Of a DNA stretch of 64,000 nucleotides, positions 58,642 through 64,000 are shown piece by piece. Each line of letters opens with the position of its first letter. The stretch's first letter is position 1. This DNA is from an uncultured Verrucomicrobiae bacterium (GTDB lineage: Bacteria; Verrucomicrobiota; Verrucomicrobiia; Chthoniobacterales; UBA10450). The DNA lies in assembly GCA_963772915.1 (NCBI GenBank), contig CAVYZI010000006.1:370283-434282 (forward strand), in the 5' to 3' direction. The position numbers were made by a program, and so were the translations under genes. The notes under the pieces are model-generated. The model did not search any database. It saw only the letters and a program-made list of their open reading frames with translations, and was not told where the DNA came from.

Positions 58642-58740
58642 GGGCGCAGCATAGACCGCCGTGCAAGACGCGGCTAGGCGCAGCCGGGGCGGGAGCTGTT
58701 CTTCTCCGTTCGCAACAAGAGCGACCCGATTTTTCAGTCG

Positions 58741-58989
58741 TTAGACGACGCGACCGCCATGCCCTTGCCCGTGATCGCCTTGCGCGATTCCGCGGATGGA
58801 CAAATCTTCGTCGAGATCCGGCCAATGAAGGCCGAAGGGAGAAATCTCGATGTGATTCAGCTGCTCGGGAGTGCCTCGGGCAAGACGAGGGTTCTCTGCC
58901 GCCAGAAACCGGAGCGTCGCCCCGGTCTGGAGAACGATGACGATCTGGCCATCGCGAAAAACCGCTGAACGAGGTTGATCAATCGGCAT
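58741..58989 (-). CDS. DUF2442 domain protein.
   Basis: The C-terminus IEISPFGLHWPDLDEDLSIRGI is the DUF2442 signature. The start is taken at ATG 58989. Confidence 0.6.
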   Translation of the reverse strand: MPIDQPRSAVFRDGQIVIVLQTGATLRFLAAENPRLARGTPEQLNHIEISPFGLHWPDLDEDLSIRGIAQGDHGQGHGGRVV

Positions 58990-59177
58990 CGACCGATCCT
59001 CTCCGAACGGACCATGAAAAGCGATCAGATTATCTTGGGCGACCGGTGCCAGGGCCTCTCGAGCGAACTCGGGCAGTTGGCGCGCGATCTCGCACAAATT
59101 GACAGGTCGGAGATTTGGCAGTGTTTGAATTTGCCGAGGCCCGCTGTGTCCGGCAGAGTGCACTTCCCAATAATCAG

Positions 59178-60992
59178 ATGGAAAAACTTACCAGAGTAGA
59201 TTTTGCGGTCGGGATCGGCGGCGAGAACGGTCAGGGCATCGCCTCCACGGGCGACATTCTCGCCCGCATCTTTGCCCGGCGCGGGCTCCACCTCAACGCC
59301 TACAACGCCTACCAGTCGATCATCCGCGGCGGGCACACTTTCCTCACCATTCGCGCGAGCGACGCGCCCGTCACCAACATGGGGGACAAGATCGACGTCT
59401 TCATCCCGCTCAACCAGGACACGATGGATCGCCACCTGCGTCTGTTGAAATCCGGCGCCTGCGCGATTTACGACGCCGAAAAAGTCACGCCCGGCCAGGC
59501 CGCCGACGGCGTCCAGCTTTGCCCGATGCCGATGAAGGAGCTGACCAAGGGCAACAAGCTGGCGGTCAACACCGCCGCGCTCGGCGCCGCGCTCCAGTTG
59601 CTCGGGATCGAATCGGAACCGCTCGAATCGGTCGTCGCCCGGCAGTTCAAGAAGAAGGGCGACGAGGTCGTGGCCGGGAACATCGCCGTCGCCCGGGCCG
59701 GTTACGAATATGCGGCGCAGAATTTCAAAGCCTTTCCGTGGAAGGCGCCGGCGGGCGGGAAACCGCTCGGCATCGTCACCGGCAACCAGGCGACCGCCAT
59801 GGGCGGCGCGGCGGCGGGTGTGAAATTTTATGCGGCCTATCCGATGAGCCCGTCCACCGGCGTGCTCATGTGGATGGCGGCGCACGCGCGCCAGCTCGGC
59901 ATCATGGTCCGGCAGGTCGAGGACGAGATCGGCGTCATGAACATGGTCATCGGCGCGGCCCACACCGGTTGCCGGGCGATGTGCGCGACCAGCGGCGGCG
60001 GCTTTGCCCTCATGACCGAAGCCGTCGGCATGGCGGGCATGATCGAGACGCCGATTGTCTGCGTCGATGTGCAACGCGCCGGCCCGGCCACCGGCGTGCC
60101 GACCAAGACCGAGCAGGGCGATCTCTGGCAGGCGCTCGGCGCCGGGCAGGGCGATTACCCGCGCCTGATCGTGGCCCCGACCAGCCAGCTCGATTTGTTC
60201 CGGACGATCCCGGAACTGTTCAACCTTTGCGACAAATACCAGTGCCCCGGCCTCGTCCTGGCCGACCTCCTCATCTCCGAGGGCACCACCAGCATTGATC
60301 CCGACGACCTCGACTTCAACGTCACGATCGACCGCGGCGAACTGATTTTGCCTAACGGAAACGGAGACGGCGCAAGTCCCGGCAGCGGCTACGGCGACAA
60401 AGCCTACCTGCGTTTCAAGAACACCGAGAGCGGCATCTCCCCGCGCGCCGTGCCCGGCGTTCCCGGTCACATCTTCACCGCCGCGACCGACGAGCACGAC
60501 GAAGACGGCACCCTCGTCAGCGACGAGTTCACCAACCCGAACATCCGCCGCATGATGGTCGAGAAACGCGGCCGCAAAATGAAGGCGGCCATCAACGACA
60601 TCGCCCCGCCCAAGCTCTTCGGCCCCGAAAACGCCGCCGTCACTCTGGTCGGCTGGGGTTCAACCGATGGCGTGATTCGCGAAGCGGTCGAGAAACTCGC
60701 GGGCGAAGAGGGGATCGTGGCCAATCATCTTCACATCAAATGGATCGTCCCGTTCCACGCCGCCGAGATCAGCCGCATTCTTGCGCAGAGCAAGCAAGTC
60801 ATCATCGTCGAGAACAGCTACAGCGGCCAGTTCGCCCGCTACCTCCGGAGCGAGACCGGCTTCGACGCCCACGGCCACATCCGCAAATACGACGGCGAAC
60901 CCTTCATGCCCCATCACATCGTCGAAGCAGTCAAAGACCAGCTGGCCGGCAAAACAAAACTCTCCGTCCCCATCCACGAAGTGCTCGCATGA
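59178..60992 (+). CDS. korA: 2-oxoacid:ferredoxin (acceptor) oxidoreductase subunit alpha, with fused gamma and alpha domains.
   Basis: The conserved segments are IGGENGQGIASTGDILARIF, YNAYQSIIRGGH, GNQATAMGGAAAGVKFYAAYPMSPST and VDVQRAGPATGVPTKTEQGDL. Confidence 0.9.
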   Translation: MEKLTRVDFAVGIGGENGQGIASTGDILARIFARRGLHLNAYNAYQSIIRGGHTFLTIRASDAPVTNMGDKIDVFIPLNQDTMDRHLRLLKSGACAIYDAEKVTPGQAADGVQLCPMPMKELTKGNKLAVNTAALGAALQLLGIESEPLESVVARQFKKKGDEVVAGNIAVARAGYEYAAQNFKAFPWKAPAGGKPLGIVTGNQATAMGGAAAGVKFYAAYPMSPSTGVLMWMAAHARQLGIMVRQVEDEIGVMNMVIGAAHTGCRAMCATSGGGFALMTEAVGMAGMIETPIVCVDVQRAGPATGVPTKTEQGDLWQALGAGQGDYPRLIVAPTSQLDLFRTIPELFNLCDKYQCPGLVLADLLISEGTTSIDPDDLDFNVTIDRGELILPNGNGDGASPGSGYGDKAYLRFKNTESGISPRAVPGVPGHIFTAATDEHDEDGTLVSDEFTNPNIRRMMVEKRGRKMKAAINDIAPPKLFGPENAAVTLVGWGSTDGVIREAVEKLAGEEGIVANHLHIKWIVPFHAAEISRILAQSKQVIIVENSYSGQFARYLRSETGFDAHGHIRKYDGEPFMPHHIVEAVKDQLAGKTKLSVPIHEVLA

Positions 60993-61052
60993 CCTGTGAA
61001 AAAGCTGAAAAACTGAAAAGCTGAAATCTGACCACTCTGATCTCTAACTAAA

Positions 61053-61970
61053 ATGAGCGCTACCGTAGAAACACCCGCGACCACCGAGAAGCCCGGCCAA
61101 CTCACCAAGGACACGTACAAAGGCCGCATCCACCCCGACTGGTGCCCCGGCTGCGGCGATTTCTCCGTCCTCGCCGCGCTCCAGACCGCCGTCTTCGAGC
61201 TCGGACTCCAGCCGACTCAGGTCTGCGTCATCAGCGGGATCGGCTGCTCCTCGAACCTGCCCGGTTACATGAACACCTACGGCATGCACACCCTGCATGG
61301 CCGCTCCCTCGCGGTGGCCACCGGCGTCAAGCTGGCCAACCACGAACTGAAAGTCATCTGCACCGGCGGCGACGGCGACGGCTACGGGATCGGCGGCAAC
61401 CATTTCGTCCACACCATGCGGCGCAACGTCGACCTCACCTACATCGTGATGGACAACCAGATTTACGGCCTCACGACCGGCCAGGTCTCGCCCACCAGCG
61501 TCAAGGGGATGAAGACCAAGAGCACGCCTTACGGCAGCGTCGAGAACCCGATCAACCCGATCCCGATGGCGATTGTCGGGGGCGCGACCTACGTGGCGCG
61601 CGCCTTCAGCGGCAAACAGAAACACATGGTCGAGATGATCAAGGGCGCGATCCAGCACAAAGGCTTCGCGCTCGTCGACGTCTTCAGTCCCTGCGTCACC
61701 TACAACAAGGACAACACCTACCAGTGGTTTAACCCGCGCATCAAGATGCTGGAAGAACAGGGCCACGACCCGACCGACCTGCACGCAGCGATCGACCGCG
61801 GCTACCAATGGGGCGACGAGATCCCGATCGGCCTCTTCTGGCGCCGCACCGACCTGCCGGCGTTGGAAGACCTGGAGCCCGTCCTCCACACCGGCGAAGG
61901 CCCGCTCGCCTTTCGCAAAATCGGCATCCCCGGCGACCAGGCGAAAGCGTTGGTGAACGAGTTGCTGTAA
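61053..61970 (+). CDS. korB: 2-oxoacid:ferredoxin oxidoreductase subunit beta (TPP-binding).
   Basis: The conserved segments are WCPGCGDFSVL, GIGCSS and GGDGDGYGIGGNHFVHTMRRNVDLTYIVMDNQIYGLTTGQ. Confidence 0.9.
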   Translation: MSATVETPATTEKPGQLTKDTYKGRIHPDWCPGCGDFSVLAALQTAVFELGLQPTQVCVISGIGCSSNLPGYMNTYGMHTLHGRSLAVATGVKLANHELKVICTGGDGDGYGIGGNHFVHTMRRNVDLTYIVMDNQIYGLTTGQVSPTSVKGMKTKSTPYGSVENPINPIPMAIVGGATYVARAFSGKQKHMVEMIKGAIQHKGFALVDVFSPCVTYNKDNTYQWFNPRIKMLEEQGHDPTDLHAAIDRGYQWGDEIPIGLFWRRTDLPALEDLEPVLHTGEGPLAFRKIGIPGDQAKALVNELL

Positions 61971-62010
61971 CTCAAGCACGACAAACCCGAACTCCATTTC
62001 GGCATTAATC

Positions 62011-64000
62011 TTGCACACTGACCGCGATTCCCCGATTCCCTCCCACTTTTCCGCTGAATTGAATCCCGATATTCCGATCGCCGACGGGACCGGAGACATG
62101 TTTGGTTACCTACCAGTTGCCGAACAGCTCTTGCCAAACATAACTCGCCCTCCCGGATCGCCGAGTCTGATAGTCGGAATAGAAGCACCTTGGGGCGCCG
62201 GAAAAACATCATTTCTCAATATTCTCCGGGACCTGCTGAGTATCGACCCTGGACATGTCGTCCTAGATTACCTGCCTTGGCTTTATTCAACCGTTGATTC
62301 GCTACTCATCGGCTTCTGCAACCAGCTATCTTCGCAGTTGAACAGGCGAAGTGGTAAGAAGCTGCAAGCGATAGGTGCCGCCTTTGGGCAACTTTCGAGC
62401 GCGATCTCGCCCTTCGCTCCACTGGCAGGACATCCTGTTCTCGGTCTAGCGGCAACGACGATCACCGGCCTAATTGCTAAGGGGCTAAGCGCAATTGGGC
62501 AACGGAGAACACTAGACGTTTCCAACGCACAACAGCAGGTTCAGAAAGCAATCCTCGATTCAGGAAAATCAATCGTAGTCTTTCTGGACGATATCGATCG
62601 CCTGCCCCCAATCGAGATTCGACTCCTATTCCAATTCCTCAAAGCGGTTGCCGCATTCGACGGCGTCGTCTATGTGCTTGCGTACGATCCAAGTCCGGTC
62701 GAAAAGGCACTTTCGTTCGACCAAACGTTAGATGGTCGCGAGGTACATCAAGAAATTTATTCAGCTACCATTGAGGTTGCCCCGACTTAGCAAACTTCTT
62801 TTGCGAAGGTACTTTTCCGTCGCCATTGCTACTCTTGAAAAGTCGCCTCTTCGCAAAGCGGGTCCCGCCGACCTACAAGCACTCCGGGATTGTGCGTCAG
62901 CATCCGAAGTTTTACGTTGCCTACAGACGCCGCGCGATGTCATTCGCAGTTTAAATGTGTTGCAAATGCGGTGTCATGATTGTCTGGGTGAAGTAGCTCT
63001 AGACGAGCTATTCGTTTTTATTCTTTTGGATCTTATTTGTCCAGAAGCGGTTGAAATAGTTCGAGAGCATCCAGGAGCCTTTCTGCCCGGCCTTAGCCAC
63101 CACCCCGAATTTGACGCGGCCGAGCCGCCACATTTGCGCTCTTCGCTTTTGGATGATCGGGCAACCATCCGAGAACGCAGGCAGAAGCTTTACGAGCGGC
63201 TTCCAACCCAGACGAGAGATGCCGCTGTATCGCTAGTCGAGAGGCTTTTCAATGATTCCTCTGAAGAAATGACAGCACTTTCCGCTCGGAGTGCCCACGG
63301 ATTAATCAAGTTATTGTATGGCGGCGGGTCGCCGCTATCTTTTTCGACAAAGGAGGTCCAGGCATTCCTGGCGGGCGATAAGCGAAAACAGGTGCTGAGC
63401 GACAAGGTTAAAGGGGATGCTTTGCGCGAATGGTTGATTTTCGCGTATTCCATCGTGCCCTCAGGACTAATCGAGCGAGCTGACGAACTGGCGCACGTAA
63501 CTCATCGAAGCCAGTCAATACATTACGCGGGACGAGTTTCACAGGACACATACTGTTATAGCTGAATATCTCCTCAGTCTAGCTGAACACGTCAGCGAGG
63601 AAGCTCGCGGCGATTTCTTCGACGCTATGATCAATCAATCTACGAACCTGTACATTGGTGAAGATGTCCTTCGCAGTCTAGCACGCGATGCCGGTCTCTG
63701 GTCCGAAGGTGAATATGCCGTCGAAGGCGGAGCGCCGCGCGAAACTTGGAAAAATGTTATTCCGATTGGGCGAATTCCGCAGCTCGTGGAAAGGTGGTTG
63801 GATCAGGTGCGGCGTGTCGCCTCAGAAGATAAGATGTACGATCAGCCGCACCTTGGAGACATTTTACATCGATGGGGACAATTTAGCGAGGCAGGTTACG
63901 ATGAGCCCAGAGATTATTTAAAGCGAGGGTTCGGATTGCGCGATCCCCTTTTAATTCTCCGGCACTTTAATTTGCACGAGGGAACCGATGGCCTTGAGAA
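62011..64000 (+). pseudogene. KAP family P-loop NTPase, with at least 2 frame breaks. The 3' end lies outside the window.
   Basis: The motifs are Walker A IVGIEAPWGAGKTSFLNIL and Walker B IVVFLDDIDRLPP.EI. The reading frame continues through ORF 62732..63565 and then an open frame from 63501 to 64000. The DNA is visibly more AT-rich than the rest of the window. Confidence 0.75.

Noticed and set aside
59025-60497. A 490-aa ORF on the minus strand.
   Set aside because: It lies antisense to korA, which has unambiguous conserved motifs. Its composition is not protein-like.
1-64000. Possible HIP1-like enrichment of the palindrome GCGATCGC.
   Set aside because: I see only about 10 copies. That is a modest excess largely explained by the generally high CGATCG content, and it is far weaker than the GCCTAACG signal.

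Overview
The window is 64 kb of high-GC bacterial chromosome. Its gene content looks like the PVC group, Verrucomicrobia-like: an FTLIELLVV pseudopilin, an ECF sigma paired with a Ser/Thr kinase, and large NHL and BNR beta-propeller proteins. That assignment is an inference only.

Most genes are core housekeeping or envelope functions:
- ispH (partial), ku, a tetR-emrA-emrB efflux module, glgB, xseA, ruvB, purH, korA and korB
- a cysE / cysteine desulfurase / SprT-like operon
- M3, M13, M23 and M28 peptidases, and two ABC-2 transporters
- an ECF sigma, Ser/Thr kinase and BNR protein cluster

Accessory or decayed segments:
- about 8.8-18.7 kb: frame-broken GumN and M13 genes, a truncated peroxiredoxin, a fused antiporter/ADH fragment and an IS30 remnant
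- about 24.9-31.4 kb: two different IS110-family transposases, an IS1182-like remnant and gene fragments
- 62.0 kb to the end: a visibly more AT-rich, frame-broken KAP P-loop NTPase

I found no rRNA, tRNA or CRISPR array.

Main signals beyond the gene list:
1. The word GCCTAACG(A) occurs at least 37 times on both strands, inside genes and between them. It forces rare codons and supplies stop codons, and it is absent from the accessory tracts. This resembles a DNA-uptake-sequence-like genome word.
2. There are several families of REP/MITE-like hairpin repeats. One composite copy is inserted in frame (114 nt) into the cysteine desulfurase gene.
3. Each IS110 transposase has a stem-closed non-coding region just 5' of it, consistent with a bridge/seek guide RNA.
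4. I count about 34 reading-frame breaks. They cluster in some genes and are absent from others, and every one I could pin down lies at a homopolymer run. Sequencing error is therefore a serious alternative to real pseudogenisation.

All counts and coordinates come from reading by eye. Frame-break positions are approximate.
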